This document shows, in pieces, positions 63,668 to 64,000 of a DNA stretch of 64,000 bases. Below the pieces are notes generated by a model. That model saw only the letters and a program-made list of their open reading frames with translations. It did no database searches and had not been told where the DNA came from. Origin of the DNA: Hypanus sabinus (lineage: Eukaryota). Both the position numbers and the translations under genes were made by a program. Position 1 is the stretch's first letter; each line of letters starts with the position of its first letter. The stretch spans positions 33,356,001 to 33,420,000 of the forward strand of contig NC_082735.1 of the NCBI RefSeq assembly GCF_030144855.1, given 5' to 3'.

Positions 63668-64000
63668 ATGATTATGGAGACATTTGAGTTTCTCAGCAAC
63701 CACAATTGCAGCAGTGTCTACAGACCTGAGGAACCTTAGCTCAGAGTTTGTGAACAGATGTCCAAGCTTCAGATATTGTCACGCATTAGGGAGGAGAGGA
63801 AGTTAACAGAATATAGGTGTGGCTTGGGTTATGAATGACCTGACTTACTAAAATCAGACTTTATGCAAAATTTCTTTTGTATTTTAAAAATATTTTTCAA
63901 GTTAGCAATACTAATAATAAACTATTTCATGGTACTGATTTACAACTGAATACAGTTTGTATTCCATTAGTCGAGGATAGTGTTTGTGTGATTACACTAG

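Noticed and set aside
25681-63703. Recurring short ORFs such as DAAWPAEFLQHFVC or HTKCWRNSAGQAAS
   Set aside because: These are translations of the non-coding PLE terminal repeat, not a gene family.
44340-64000. GRHL2-like gene expected from human synteny
   Set aside because: No SEDEAW/ENPLTAATKAM exon recognised.
1-64000. CRISPR array, rRNA or prokaryotic operon
   Set aside because: No regularly spaced repeat-spacer array or rRNA; spliceosomal genes and vertebrate retroelements throughout.

Overview
AT-rich vertebrate genomic DNA, not prokaryotic. The repeat mix (CR1, Rex1/Babar, RTE, Penelope-like, Tigger, tRNA-SINEs) suggests a cartilaginous fish, which is an inference. Three CpG-island genes are present. 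(1) A minus-strand 14-3-3 gene of the zeta/beta/theta/sigma group, resembling fish ywhabl, with coding exons 16232-15930, 4816-4693 and 2040-1877; its last exons lie left of the window. (2) A complete minus-strand ZNF706-like gene (75 aa) with a non-coding first exon and a 3'-UTR intron. (3) An unidentified plus-strand gene starting near 44.4 kb with a uORF-rich leader. The rest is dense with transposon relics. The most striking non-genic signal is a family of more than a dozen Penelope-like terminal repeats carrying a minimal hammerhead-ribozyme motif (consensus AGTC-CTGATGA-AGGGTCTCGGCCC-GAAACGTC-GACT). These occur as an inverted GIY-YIG element, as hairpin mini-elements with 13-14 bp target-site duplications (TSDs), as ~100-bp solo units and as a tandem pair. 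One structurally complete copy lies in sense orientation inside the ZNF706-like intron. Repeat boundaries were read by eye and are approximate; family names come from motif recognition, not database searches.
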